DNA of 64,000 nucleotides from the human T2T-CHM13v2.0 reference genome, Homo sapiens, in assembly GCF_009914755.1 (NCBI RefSeq), contig NC_060935.1; one strand, written 5' to 3'. The translations under genes were made by a program, and so were the position numbers. Below the pieces are notes generated by a model that did no database searches, was not told where the DNA came from, and saw nothing but the letters and a program-made list of their open reading frames with translations. This document shows positions 1 through 17,228 of this stretch, piece by piece. How positions within the stretch are numbered: position 1 is the first letter of the stretch; every line of letters begins with the position of its first letter.

Positions 1-170
1 GAACAGGAGATAGTGCATGAATCTTGATGGCCAACGTCATTGCTTCAGAAAAAGGAGCACTCTGTACAGCCCATAATGTCCAACAATGGGCAGAGAGGCA
101 TCCTCTTCAGAGTCATAATTTGGCACAGAAGTAGAACAGGCAATTCAAACCCTGGTTGTTTAAAACGGGG
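1..170 (+). mobile_element. Decayed ERVL-like internal (integrase core) fragment
   Basis: Translation VIASEKGALCTAHNVQQWAE resembles the ERVL integrase SDQGTHFTA..V.QWA motif. Confidence 0.4.
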
Positions 171-285
171 GAGGTGAAAGCAGAAGGGCTGGTGATAGAG
201 TTTGGATCTCTATCTCCACCAAATTGTGTATTGAATTGTAATCCCCAGTGTTGGAGCTGGGGCCTAGTGGGAGGCAACTGGATCA

Positions 286-689
<404 letters not shown>

Positions 690-881
690 TGCACAGCACC
701 TCCACCAGTCATTTTCTCTGGCTCCTGCTCCTGCCATGTAAGAGAACTGCTCCTCCTTCATCTTCTGCCATGATTGGAAGCTTCCTGAGGCCTCACCAGA
801 AGCAGAAGCTGCTATGCTTCCCGTACGGTCTGCAGAACAGTGAGCCAATTCAACCTCTTTCCTTGTAAATTACCCAATCCC

Positions 882-914
882 ATTGCTTCTCAGCCTTTTG
901 GCTAAGATCAAGTA
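882..914 (+). pseudogene. 3'-truncated U2 snRNA retropseudogene (first ~33 nt)
   Basis: ATTGCTTCTCAGCCTTTTGGCTAAGATCAAGT versus U2 5' end ATCGCTTCTCGGCCTTTTGGCTAAGATCAAGT; flanked by 16-bp direct repeats at 866-881 and 915-930. Confidence 0.85.
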
Positions 915-1097
915 TAAATTACCCAGTCTCAGGTATTTCTTTATAGCAATGCAAGAATGAACTAATATAACTGGCTTGCACACTCACAAAGTGTGCAATG
1001 CTAAATACTTAGCATGAGTGGTCTAAAGGAGTGGACTTCCAGATTTTTCTCCATTTTTTGGGTTGATCTGGGGAAGGGGGGATGGGGAGGATGCTGA

Positions 1098-1406
<309 letters not shown>

Positions 1407-2903
1407 CAATGAACAGTTCTTGAATGAATGAGACAGTGAAGAAGACTACCAGAACAAGAGCAGATCAAAGGTGAATAAGTGAGTAGTAGCTTCTGATTAA
1501 TCCTCATCAGCAACCAACATAACCCAGGGCTTATAGATTTCTCTGTGTAATATGCTACACACACGTCTACGGAAAGAGAGAGAGAGAGAAGCACATCAGT
1601 CAAGCAATTTTCAAAAGTTACTCTAAATGTGCTGTGTTGGTCTTGTATTACAATCTTTAGATTACACTACTATTTTATTTCAAACAGGACTGGTAGAAAC
1701 TTCTTCATGCCTTTTCAACCAAAGGCCTTCAATCCTATAAAAATGATCACCTTGTTCTTTGACCAAGTACCAACCTTAGAAAGTTATGCAGCAAACACCA
1801 TCTGACTTAGATTATTTGAAAAGTAACTGGATCAATCCCCCTTTACCCCAAACATCTAAACGGAACAATTTTCTTTTCTTCGGGATGCATCATAATCCTC
1901 AAACTGCAGAGCCACTTGGCGATGAAGCCAGGATCACAGTGCATTTGATAACTTCATGCAACTTTTTACTAGCACTTAATACTCAGATATGAAATCTGTA
2001 CTTGATCTTTTCTGCTTGGAATTGGCCAGATTAGTGGTTCTGCCCCCACATTCAACAAAAGGCTCTCAGAAACACTCAGGGTCGCTAACCAATCAGAAGG
2101 ACCAACAGAGCTTGACAAACAGACAAGAAGGAGAAGGGCACCGCCTTCCACCCCACCCGCTTAGACAGCCTTTCAACTCTGCCCACTTTGAGGATGTGTA
2201 GGATGATCCAGGTAATCATGATACCTACCTTAACTTCAAGGTAGAAATTAAGGCTTGAGGGCACTTATTTGGTGCCTTATTCAGTTAATTGGAAGATTAT
2301 ATGGTAATTTCACTGCTCATAATAATTAAACCTTTTTTTTTTTCACTTTAGGGATGATAATGACATTTGGAGAGTAGCACTATAAACCTCAAACATCTAT
2401 TTTGAAGATGATTGGATTTAGGAGCAAGACAGGTTTGCCGTACACTTGACCGAACATGCTTTGTTCCCCAAAGCAGCAAAAAAGCCAGAGCCTGGAAGTT
2501 TCTAAAACTTGAAGCAGATGTAAGTGGCAAATCCAAAAAGCCGTGCCTAGAGAACAGGTCGGGTGACCGGCTGTGTCTATTCCAGCCTCCCCATTGGCTT
2601 GGTGGAGGACTTCGCACAGGTCTCTCAGTTTCTCCTTCTTTGGTTTCACCGTAGAATGAGGGGAAGTCACAGCATTTCTTCCTTTGTATTTCACAGAAAC
2701 ACAGTCAGCAAATGTAAAGAAATATGGGCACCTACATGGTGATTATGCTGGCCTGGTCTCAAGCTTCATATTCATCCTTAATTGATTTCCAGGCACACTC
2801 GCCAGTGACCGGGCTTTGCTTCACCGAATGGCCCCAAGGGCCTACACTTTCTTAATTCTCCTGTGGACCCTTTATTCACTCCCCCTCATCCTTCCTTTGC
2901 TGA

Positions 2904-3187
<284 letters not shown>

Positions 3188-4369
3188 TGATCCACCTGCC
3201 TTGGCCTCCCAAAGTGCTGGGATTACAGGCACAAGCTACTGAGCCTGGCCTCAATCTTATGCTTACTATTCTTAAATCTGTTGCCTCATTTTATAGCCAC
3301 AGCTCAGGTGACAGCTGAGGGATTACCTTCGTCTGTCTCTGAGCCTCTAAGACTTCTATTTTCTTCACCACCTTCCAGGAATCCTTTTTTCTAGCTCTTG
3401 GTCGCTGGCCATCTCCTGGACGGTTAAGTTGAAAATCTGACCTCCAGTTCATTGGTGCATCTACAATCAATCCTCATTACCTGCAGATTCTGTAGCTGCA
3501 AATTCACCTACTTGATAATGTTTATTTATAGCCCCTAAATCAATCCCAGCAGAGCTTTCCTGGATGTGCGCCAAGTGCTGAAGAGGTTGAATGGCTGATA
3601 AGCACGGTCCCAGCAGAGCTCCATCGAGGAACCTCTGCCTTTTGGTTTCCGCTCTTATACCATAAATGAATGTCCTTTTCTTGGTCGTTTTAGGGTTTTT
3701 TTTTGAGACAGAGTCTCACTCTGTCACCCAAGCTGGAGTGCAGTGGTGTGATTGCAACCTCTGCCTCTCAGGTTTAAGCGATTCTCCTGCCTCAGCATCC
3801 CGATTAGCTGGGACTACAGGCATGTACCACCACACCCAGCCAATTTTTGTTTTTCAGTAGAGATGGGGTTTCGCCATATTGGCCAGGCTGATCTCAATCT
3901 CCTGACCTCAGGTGATCCACCTGCCTTGGCCTCCCAAAGTGTTGGGATTACAGGTGTGAGCCACCATGCCCAGCCAGGGTTCTCTTAAATGTAATGGAAA
4001 GAGGAGAATTGGAATGGCAGAGAGAGAGAGAACTAGGAGCCTGCATGAATGAATCAAGTTGAGTTGGAGAGAAACTGAATTTATAGGAAAGTTAAGGCTC
4101 TGAGTTTGGAGGCCAAGCAGGGTGGGGGTGTGCAAACCCGTGAGAAGGAAAGCCGGGCTTCAAAAAATAGCTGCTCCTTCTTGATAGATGCAGAGAGGAA
4201 ACAGGAAAGACCGGGGGCCATGCAGTGTTATTTGTAGCACTTGAATAGCTTGGCTCTTAGAGTCCCAAGGCCTCCAGCTGGTGATCCAGAGATGCCATTA
4301 GAGGGCAAAAGTGCTCGCTGCTCCCTCGTTTGTCACCAAGAAGACATGGTATGGCCCTGGTCTTAAGGA

Positions 4370-5320
<951 letters not shown>

Positions 5321-5816
5321 TGAAATCCAACGGGGCAATAGAACATGCGCATGGGCAGATGAGACACCAACAATAAGAGTTACCCCGTCCCTTGCCACCG
5401 CACTCCCCATGGAGTGTCTGCCCTGCCCTGAGCATAGAATCTTAGGGGGTCCGCAGTGCATGGGAGCCCAGCAAGGCTCCAAGTGAGCATAAGGGAAGCC
5501 TACTATGTCCACAACGGAGTCCGCGAGAGATGCTGACAGCACCAAGAGGTCGCACTTTCTCTTATTATAGAATCAGAATTGAAAACCAAGTCAATGGCAT
5601 TCTAAGAAACAGAAACAAACAAGGAACCCTCTCCCAGCCTTTTCTACCCATCTGATTCCCTGTAGTAGCCAACCACTTCCACTGGAAATGATGACATAGG
5701 AGAGGCAAAGATAGCGGAGTCATAGTTATTTTTCCTTTCAATTCTTCCTTACACATCAGTAAGCCAAAGGTAGAGTGGTGGTAGATTGTATAGGTGTGAA
5801 AAAGTGAAATAAAAAC

Positions 5817-6143
5817 AGCTGAATGGCGGGTGTGGTGGCTTATGTCTGTAATCCCAGCATTTTGGGAGGCTGAGGCGGGTGGATCACAAGGTCAGGAGTT
5901 CGAGACCAGCCTGGCCAACGTGGCGAAACCCCATCTCTATTAAAAATACAAAACTTAGGCGGGTATGGTGGCGGGCTCCTGTAATCCCAGCTACTCAGGA
6001 GGCTGAAGGCAGGAGAATGGCCTGAACCCGGGAGGCAGAAGTTGCAGTGAGCCGAGGTCTCACCACTGCACTCCAGCCTGGGCAAGAGAGCAAGACTCTG
6101 TCTCAGGGAAAAAAACAAAAACAAACAGACAAACAAACAAAAA
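5817..6143 (+). mobile_element. AluS
   Basis: Dimeric Alu with (AAAC)n tail. Confidence 0.85.
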
Positions 6144-7536
6144 CATCGAATTAGTTTCCTGCAACGTCTCACTGTTTGTGTGAGGCAAAAAAAACCACAC
6201 ATGCAAAGTACAAATTATGTAATTTCTGTGATTCCACATTTGAGTCCAATCCTCCTGTTGAAATCTGGCATTGCACAATGTAAAGAGGAACATTATAATC
6301 CATGCTAGTAATTTAAAATGTTAATTTTTTTTTTACTTAGAAGGACATTAAATAACAAATGAAAGCATCATGATAAATTGAGACACAGAGACCACAGAAG
6401 AAAGAAAATATATGTTAATACTTCAGTAGTGGTTTTCGTCTGATTTTTGAATAAGGGGGCCCATGTTTGCATCTTGCACTGGGCCTTGCAAATTCTGCAG
6501 CCGGTCCTGACTGTCAAGACAGGGATTTAGCCATAAAATCAGCAGGGGTTGGTCGTGGGGTTGTGGGTTACAGGAAGATAGAGAATTTAGGCATGGCTGC
6601 AGGGTTTTAAGCTGATGGTACTATTGGCTGGGAAATCTAGGAAATCCAGCATTGAAGGACAGGCATTGTGAATCTGTTGTGGATGGGCTGAGCCTGCAGT
6701 GGCCATGGGGCATCCTGCCTGGGAGGGGGGCGAGCAGCAATTCATCAGCACAGGTGGTGACTGAGGCTCAGGAGGGGCTACTGAGGCAGAAACTGTGGGC
6801 AGGGATGCAGGGCAAGGCAGACATTTAGGAGATGGGACAACAGCTTGGTACAGTGGCTCACATCTGTAATCCCAGCTACTCAGGAGGCTGAGACAGGAGG
6901 ATAGCTAGAGGCCAGGAGTTCAAGATCAGCCTGCACAACATAGCGAGACCCCATTTCCCCCCACCAAAAAAATTAATACGAAGTAAAAATACAAAAAAGA
7001 GATGGGACAACAAAGAAGGCCTCATAAAGGAGATGGAGAGGAAGGGGACAGGAGGAAAGGGGAGAGGGAAGGTGACAGCCAGAAGCAGGCATGAGAGGTT
7101 CCCTAGAGTGGGGTTTTATTATCTCAAGTGACCATGAGTAAACTACTTAACCTGTCTGTGCTGCAGACATCATGGATAAAACGAAGATGAAATGAAGACA
7201 ATAACAGCAGCACTTATGGGCGGGGCAGTTGTGGTGAAGATTAAATGAAGAGTTTATATGGGAAGGGCTCAGAATGCTGCTGTATTAAATGACTCGGGTT
7301 GCTATAACAAGGTACCACAAGCTGGGTGGCTTAGAACTACAGAAATGCATCGTCTCACACCTGCAGGCCAGAAGGCTGAGATGAAGGCGTTCTCAGGGCG
7401 GTGCTTACTCTGAAGATGCTAGGGAAGGATCTCCCTCCCAGCTTCTGCCAGCTCCTTAGCTTGTGGCAGCAGAAGTCCAATCTTCACGTGGCCTTCTCCC
7501 TGTGTGCATCTGTGTCCAAAATTTCCCCTTTCCATA

Positions 7537-7602
7537 TCTATATCTATATCTACACACACATACATATATATGTAGTGTGTGTATATAGAGATATATAAAA
7601 TT

Positions 7603-7638
<36 letters not shown>

Positions 7639-8198
7639 TTTTAAGACAGAATCCTGCTCTGTCACCCGGGCTGGAGTGCAGTGGTGCAATCTTGGCTCAC
7701 TGACACTTCCGCCTCCCAGGTTCAAGCAATTATCCTCCCTCAGCCTCCTGAGTAGCTGGGATTACAGGTGCCTGCCACTATGCCCTGCTAATTTTTTTGT
7801 ATTTTTAGTAGAGACAGGTTTCACCATGTTGGCCAGGCTGGTCTTGAATTCTTGATCTCAAGTGATCCACCCGCCTCGGCCTTGCAAACTGCTAAGATTA
7901 CAGGTGTGAGCCACCGCGCCTGGCCTATTTATTATTTTTTAAAGATGGGGGTCTTGCTATTTTGGCCAGGTTGGTCTTGGACCTTGGCCTCAAGTGATCC
8001 TCCCGCCTCAGCCTCCCAAAATGCTAGGATTACAGGCATGAGCCACTGTGCCCGGCCTATTTTATTTATTATCTTTTTAATAGAGATGGGAGCCTCCCTA
8101 TATTGGCCAGGTTGGTCTTGAACCTTGGCTTCAAGTGATCCTCTTGCCTCAGCCTCCCAAAGTGCTAGGATTACAAGCATGAGCCACTGCACCTGGCC
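7537..8198 (-). mobile_element. Alu cluster (AluS plus two FLAM-like monomers) inside an MLT1 LTR
   Basis: Whole cluster bracketed by the direct repeat AATTTCCCCTTTCCATA at 7520-7536 and 8199-8215. Confidence 0.8.
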
Positions 8199-9027
8199 AA
8201 TTTCCCCTTTCCATAAGGACACCCATTATACTGGATAAAGCCCACTCTATCAACCTCATTTTAACTTGACTACCTTTGTAATGACTATCTCCAAATATGC
8301 CACATTTTCAGGTACTGGGGGTCAGGACTCCAAGAAGTCTTTTGTGGGAGAGGGGATGCAATTCAACCCACAACAGTGCCCTGCTCTGTTAAATGTTCAC
8401 CTTTATGAATAAGACAACCTCCATGAGTTGTTTTCTTCCAAGGTATGAGGCAGAGACCAGTGAGGGACAACCTGAGGGTGGGGAACATAAATTTGTTGTG
8501 GCCACAATCTCCACAACAACCCGATGTTTCTCCTGCAGCACTTAGCAGCCCAAGTGAAGGTAAATATAAGAAGAAGAGGGAACAAAGATGAGGGAGTGAC
8601 GCATCCTGATAACGCACCAAAGACAACCACAGGCAGAAATACTGATGGCAGAGAGGCAGACGGGGAACACTGCTCATTGCTCTGCCTGCCTCACTTTTGT
8701 TCAGGGGCTACCAGGAAGCCTGAGGTCCCAGGTGGACAGAAATCACCATGATCCCCTCTTGGCCCCAACCAACATACACACAGGAGGCAAACCAACTTTT
8801 GATCATTTATTAAAACAAATAAGAGGTTAATCTGTGGGTAAAAAGGCCTTGTTTGCCAGCAGCTCACGGGATGCCTTCAAGCTGACAGGCACTAGTGCGC
8901 CTTGAAGTAGGAAGCATCACATGGGTTCTGGAGATAAGCAATAGATAAACAACCGGAGTTACCAGAAGTGTCAAGCCAGGCATCACCTTAACAGAAATTA
9001 TTCCTGGAGCTAATGTGGAAGTCATTA

Positions 9028-9333
<306 letters not shown>

Positions 9334-10926
9334 CTAAAAATAAGAGAAGAGAAGACAGATGAAGCAAAGTGGGCCAAAACTTAGATAAAGGGAATTGCTC
9401 TGTTTTAGATGAAGGATTGCGAAACAAAATTTTCAACAGCAGCAATGAAAGACCTGTCTACCACAGTGTAGCCCTCAGCAAAACCACAAGTGGGCAGACT
9501 CTGACTCTCCCACACCCCTCTCACTAACCCCAAACCCCTTCTAGATAGAATGTTTTCCTTCCTCTTCATCCTAATGCCAGGAGCAACTTTGGTGGTGCGT
9601 TCCCCACATCTGCCCTCTTTGCCAAAGCCCCAGGTTCCAGAGCCTTCCCTTCTTTCTTCTCGACTGCATTAAGGCTTGCTTACCCTGAGTTCAAGACCCT
9701 TACATCCTTGTTAGATAAATGGCTGAGTAAGATGATCAGTTAATCAGAGCGAGTATGGCTGATGATGCCTTCTACAATATAATGCAATGAACCTGCGCCC
9801 ACCTTCACTGAACGATCAACATTCACTTTGGTGTAATGGGGTAAACCATCAGCATGTCCCTCCTGATGCAACGCACAGAGAACATGACACCATTGCTGTG
9901 ATAGTCCCACCCCAAATGCATAAGAATATCACCGCCAAGAAACATCAGCCAAATCCAAAGTAAGGGACATTCTATCAAATAACCGTCTTGCGTTCTTCAA
10001 GAATGCCAATACCATGAAAGATAAAGAAAAACTGAGGAGGTGTTCCAGGCTAAAAGGGACCTACAGAGACACAACAACTGAAAATAATGCATGATCTGGG
10101 ATGATCATTTGCTCCAATGTACATCACTGGGTTAACTGGCGAAATCTGAATGAGGTCCATATATTAGAAAACCGTGTTGTAGCAGGGTTAGTTTCCTGAT
10201 TTTGATCATTGCCTTGGTTATATAAGAGAAAATCCTTGTTATTAAGGAATACGCAGGAATATTTAGGGGTAAAGGATAACTCATCTGCCACTTAGAAAAT
10301 AATAAAGCAAATGGGGTAAAATGGTAGCACTGGGGAATCTCAGCGAAGGGTATAAAGGATGTCTTTGTACTATTCTTGCAACGCTTCTGTGTCTGGAAAA
10401 ATAATAATAAATATTATATATTTAATAACTAAATGAATGAAAAAGTGTGCAATGTTTCTGCAGATGTCAACCTTGGCAATGCAATAGGATCATCTCAGAA
10501 GCTCTGCATGAATATCAGTGCCCAGGCTCCAACCCAGAGATTCATAGTCAGTTAGCTGGGGGTGAAACTCCAGACATCGGCATGTGTGAAACACACCCCA
10601 AGGTCATTCTAGTGTGAATCCAGAATAATAAGCAGCCAGCTTAGCCTTTAGTGTCATTGGGTGACAGGAAAGTTCTAGGCTGGGGACTTTCTGAGCCCCC
10701 CATGTCTGCTTGTTTTGAGATCTGATCTTGGGGGCAGCATGGTGACTCAAAACAGGAGCACAGTTGTGGGTCCAGTCTTGGTCCTTCCACTAATAAGATG
10801 GGAGACTTTGCGTCAGATCCCTTGCCTGTGCCAAGCCTGGGTTTTCTCAGCTGTGTAATGAGGTTAACCAGGAAGTGCCTCAGAGGCCAATGTGCATTCA
10901 GGGAAGAAGATGCCCAGCTCAGTAAC

Positions 10927-11592
<666 letters not shown>

Positions 11593-12425
11593 GTAATCCT
11601 TAAAGCCCCGGACCCCAAAATGGAGTTGCCACAGGATGGCAGTCTGAAATCCTTGTGATGTCCAGCTGGCAGAAAGGAATTTGGATGAGTAGGGCTGGCC
11701 AACTTCTGGTATTGCTGGTGGGTCCTGTCATTGTGTGGGTGACTCCTTGCACCCCTGGCCCTTCATAGGACTGAAATCTGGGAGTGTTCTTGGGAAAGGG
11801 ACTAGAGAAAGCAAGAGGACACCAATCTTCTTCCAGGCAGTAGGAAGGCAAGCTGGAGGAGCCAAGCTCCCAAGTAAACTGAGGCACCTCCACTGGCCCC
11901 TTTGTGAGGCATGCTTGACCTGGGTTTTATGGAAAGAATGTGCCCTCACCAAAGGGTGCTAAACAAGGCCCCAGGCTCCACACCTGATCCCAGGTGCCCC
12001 CCTCTGCCCTGCCCTAGACTCACCTAAAGCTGTACTGCCCAGAGTCATGGCCTCAGGCCACACGTGGCTACTGGTCACTTGAGATGTGGCCATCTCAATT
12101 GAGATATGCTGTTAGTATAAAACATACACTAGATTTCCAAGGTGTCATGAGCAAAAAAAAAAAAAAAAGAACATAGAATATCTCATTAAGAATTTTTAAG
12201 TATTCATTAATGTTGAAATAAAAATATTTTGAATATATTGGTTAAATAAAGTTTACTAGGAGAATTCATTTCACCCCTTTTACTTTTTCTAATGTGGTGA
12301 GTAAATTATTTAATATTACACGTGTGGATTACATTATATTTCTATTGGACAGCTCTGTTCTAAAGTCTGCACATTGTCCTTTTGTGGCTTATTTCCTTGA
12401 TACTTTTATTAAAATTAAATTGAGG

Positions 12426-13045
12426 GGCCAGGTGCAGTGACTCACACCTGTAATCTCATCATTTTGGGAGGCCGAGGCAGGTGGATCACCTAAGGTCAGG
12501 AGTTCGAGACCAGCCTGGCCAACATGGTGAAACCCTGTCTCTACATAAAAATACAAAAATTAGCCGGGCGTACGGGTGCGTGACTATAATCCCAGCTACG
12601 CAGGAGGCTGAGGTAGGAGAATCGCTTGAATCCTGGAGGCAGAAGTAGCAGTGAGCCAAGATCACGCCACTGCACTCCAGCCTGGGGGACAAGAGCAAAA
12701 ATCCATCTCTAAATAAATAAATAAATAGAAAAATAAAATTGAGGGCCAGGCACAGTGGCTCATGCCTGTAATCCCAGCACTTTGGGAAGCCGAGGCAGGA
12801 GGGTGACTAGAGGTCAGGAGTTCGAGACCAGCCTCGCCAACATGGTGAAATCCCATCTCTACTAAAAATATAAAAATTAGCTGGGCTTTGTGGTGGGTGC
12901 CTGAAATTCCAGCTACTCTGGAGGCTGAGGCAGGAGAATCACTTGAACCCAGGAGGCGAGGTTGCAGTGAGCTGAGATTGCACGAAGCCTGGGCGACAGA
13001 GTGAGACCCTGTCTCAAAAAATAAAGAAAGAAATAAAAATAAACT
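12426..13045 (+). mobile_element. Two tandem AluS elements
   Basis: Two head-to-tail dimeric Alus, each preceded by aaattgagg. Confidence 0.85.
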
Positions 13046-13546
13046 GAGGAAGGATTGAGCATGCAAAATAGAATCAGCCTTTGACCCTGAATACCCTGCA
13101 GTGAGAATTCCCCTGTGGTTCTCAGGCTTCTGTCATTCCAGCAAATACACTCTTCCCTCAGCTTCACTAAAATGCAGATATTGTGAGATAATGCCCATTT
13201 CTCACAGCTTGCTTGAATAATAACAATGATCATTATAGTAATTTACAACTTAATAGTCAACACTGCCTTTTTAACTCAGTCTGTGAGACTGAATCGTAAA
13301 CGTGACATTCTTTAAAGCTGTCAATTAATATACCAGACTGCATAAACTCTAATAACTTACCTTTCCATGGAAAGAGAATATGTGGGTATTCTCTTTGAAG
13401 ACAAATGGTGGAGAGTAGACTCTCATCCAAGACCCTCTGGCAGTAATGAGTTGCATTCCAGAAGGTTCTAGAAGGTTCTGTGGAAGGCTGCAGTTTGGGA
13501 TTGGTTCTCAGGTGTCTGTCTAACTGCTTTCTAAGGATGAAGACTG

Positions 13547-13895
<349 letters not shown>

Positions 13896-14464
13896 CTAAG
13901 ACATTCCTCCACACAATAACAGACCCAGGCAGTGCAGAGCCATGTGGGTCTTATCTGTCCTTTTGTCCACAGTCTGGTTTTATCTTAGACCTAGCCTGGT
14001 GCAATCGATGCTGCGTATAGGCACTCCACTTAAGTTTCCTGTTTGTAAAAAGCCCCTTTCATTCGGTGATTCCTCAGGGCTTTAGGGGAACTTTCTGGAA
14101 ACCAGGAAGAAGGAAATAAAGGTTGTTTTACTGAGGATGGGTGACATTGGGTGCAGGACCCAAATGAGTGGTTTGAGCAGAAAGTAGCCTCCACACTGGA
14201 CTAATGCTTGGCAACGTTATGGGAAAATTTGGGGAAGCCGGGAGAGGAGGGGGCAGAGTTTCTTTCCCAGCCAGCCAGGGGGTCCAGGCAGTTTTGGTCC
14301 TAGGATGTCTCTCTGTGCATTCCCAAGTGATTGCAAGGCTTCTTCTTGTCATCGTCTGAGACTTGGATTCCCCAAGCGTCCTTCTTTTCCTGGAGCCTCT
14401 GAGTCCTCTATTCCTGAGGCCTTTCTTCAGCCCTCCCAATAGTCCTGCCATGATTTCATTGCAG

Positions 14465-14575
14465 GGCTGTGACCATCTATGACAAGCCGGCATCTTTCTT
14501 TAAAGAGACACCTCTGGACCTGCAGCACCGGCTCTTCATGAAGCTGGGCGGCACGCACTCTCCGTTCAGGGCCCG
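14465..14575 (+). CDS. ALG1L: ALG1-like exon 6 ([37 protein letters not shown])
   Basis: ttgcag acceptor, gtaggc donor, 111 bp, open frame. Confidence 0.9.
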
Positions 14576-14664
14576 GTAGGCCTCCCATCCTCAGCTGCCT
14601 TCTCTCCTGCTCACCACTGTCCTGGCCTCTCCCGTTCTCACTGAAGACCTGGGAACCCACTCAT

Positions 14665-14875
14665 CCAGGGGTTGGCACACTAAGGCTACAGGCCAGTCTC
14701 CTGCTTTTGTAAGTCAAGTTTCATTGGGACACAACACACTCATTGCCTTCTGAGTTGTCTACAGCCGCCTTTGAGCTACAATAGCAGAATCGCGTTTTGC
14801 AACAGAGAACCCGTGGCCTGCAAAGCCTGAAGTATTTACTCTCTGGCCCTTTAAGAAATGTTTGTGGACCCCTGC
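14665..14875. mobile_element. MER58-type hAT MITE in the ALG1L intron after exon 6
   Basis: caggggttggc ... ggcctgcaaagcctgaagtatttactctctggccctttaagaaatgtttgtggacccctg. Confidence 0.7.
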
Positions 14876-15315
14876 GCTATCTTACTCTCCTGCCAGTGGG
14901 TTCCCAGGCCTGTGGCAGGATCTGTGGACCTGTGTGTCCCCTGGGGTGTCTCACGTGGTTAAGGAGGGGACCTTTGTGCAGATCCACACACCCTAAGCTG
15001 TGCCCCTGGGTAAGTTGGGGTGGTGTGGGAGGGAGTCCCTGCACCCTCATATTGAGTCCAGGGGATGATAAGACAGTAAGTCCCATGGAGAAAAGGAATG
15101 AGTCAGTCTTGTTTGCTGTTGTAACCTTAGCACCCAGCAACAATATTAGAGAAAGCAAGCCCAGGCCTCGGATGGCAGGGGTGGCCTGGTGCTGCTGATG
15201 TGGCCGGGCACCCCAACCTTTGGGAGCCTGCAGGCCTTGCCACGGCAGGAGATGCCCGTCCTGGGTCCTGGGCCTGCTCTGTGGCCTCTCACAGGCTTTT
15301 TTCCTGCTCTTTCAG

Positions 15316-15437
15316 TTCAGAACCTGAGGAACCAGCCACAGAGCCGTCGGCCTTCATGGAGTGGGATGCTGGGAGCGGGCTGGTGATGCTTCTCCGCGAG
15401 CTGCCAGCCCTGCTGGTCAGCAGCACAGGCTGGACAG
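15316..15437 (+). CDS. ALG1L: ALG1-like exon 7 ([40 protein letters not shown])
   Basis: ttcag acceptor, gtctgc donor, 122 bp; visible in ORF 15200..15598. Confidence 0.9.
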
Positions 15438-15619
15438 GTCTGCAAGACCCCTGGAACACTTGGGCTTGGTGTGACGGGCACCTGGCCAATCTGTGTTCTC
15501 ACCCCTGCCAGTCCTGCATGCCCCCACCCCGCCACGGTCTCAATGAGAAGGGGAGGGTGTATGAGCTGGAAGAGGGGTGTCTAGAAACAAGCCCCTGACA
15601 TTCAATTCTCTTCTCATAG

Positions 15620-15658
15620 AGGATGAAGACTTCTCCATCCTGCTGGCAGCTTTAGAAA
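15620..15658 (+). CDS. ALG1L: ALG1-like exon 8 (EDEDFSILLAALE)
   Basis: catag acceptor, gtaggt donor, 39 bp. Confidence 0.88.
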
Positions 15659-16036
15659 GTAGGTGTGTAGCTGTGGTGAGGAGCTCTGGGCTTGTTGGGG
15701 GCCACTGAGCTGTGAGCTGCTTGTCTGGCCTGCAGCATGTTCCTGTCCCGGGCCACTGGGCAGGGCAGCCTGGGGACAGTGGAGATGGTGGAGGTGGGCC
15801 GCCCTGAATCCCCAGTTGGGTCATTGAGTGACCAGGCCCTCAGGCTGAAATGCCTCCTCCAGGAGAGTATCTCACAGAGGCTGGTGGCCTCCCCACAAGA
15901 GCAGTGCTGTTTCTCCAACTGACCAGGTGACTCTGGCTATTGTATATTTAAAACTTTTTTTCTGAATGGGCATGGTGGCTCACACCTGTAATCCTAGAAC
16001 TCTGGGAGGCCAAGGCAGGCAGATCACCTGAGGTCA

Positions 16037-16231
<195 letters not shown>

Positions 16232-16300
16232 TCAGAAAAACAAAAAAGAAGAAATTCTATCAGAAATTCCATGTAGAATTGTTTCTTTTTTTAAACACAG

Positions 16301-16360
16301 AGTTTGAGCAGCTGACTGTTGATGGACACAACCTTCCTTCTCTCGTCTGTGTGATAACAG
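16301..16360 (+). CDS. ALG1L: ALG1-like exon 9 (KFEQLTVDGHNLPSLVCVIT)
   Basis: acacag acceptor, gtaccg donor, 60 bp. Confidence 0.9.
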
Positions 16361-16484
16361 GTACCGCCTGGGACCCTAGGTGGCTGTTTGGTTGGGGGAT
16401 GGTGGAGGGGGAGAGGCACGCAGCCTTTACCCTGTGCTTCCCACGATCTTGTCTCCTTAATCTTCACTGCAGCTCTCTGCATAG

Positions 16485-16850
<366 letters not shown>

Positions 16851-17130
16851 TGAACTCCTGACCTCAGGTGATCCACCCACCTTGGCCTCCCAATATGCTC
16901 GAATTAATAGGCATGAACCACTGTGCCTGACCATGTCATTGGTGCCTTAACCAAGCCTCTTTTAAGTTTTCAAATGGAAGAGCCCCTGTCCCACAGTTAC
17001 TGCTGCTGAGCCCTTTCAAGGTGACTCAGTGAGGAGGGAGAAAAGCGGAAGTGGTGTGGGAAGAGGCGGGATCTGGGCCAGCTGCTGGTCCTGCTCTCCT
17101 CCCTCCTCTGGCCTCTAGGCTCCCAGGAGT

Positions 17131-17228
17131 GGTTTGGAACCCGCGCCATGTGCTCTGGAAGCTGTGGCTGGGCAGGGGCGGTTTGGAACCTGCGCCATGT
17201 GCTCTGGGGGCTGTGGCAGGGCAGGGGG
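17131..17228. repeat. Two tandem copies of a 49-bp unit in ALG1L intron 9
   Basis: GGTTTGGAACC.GCGCCATGTGCTCTGG..GCTGTGGC.GGGCAGGGG at 17131 and 17180. Confidence 0.9.
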
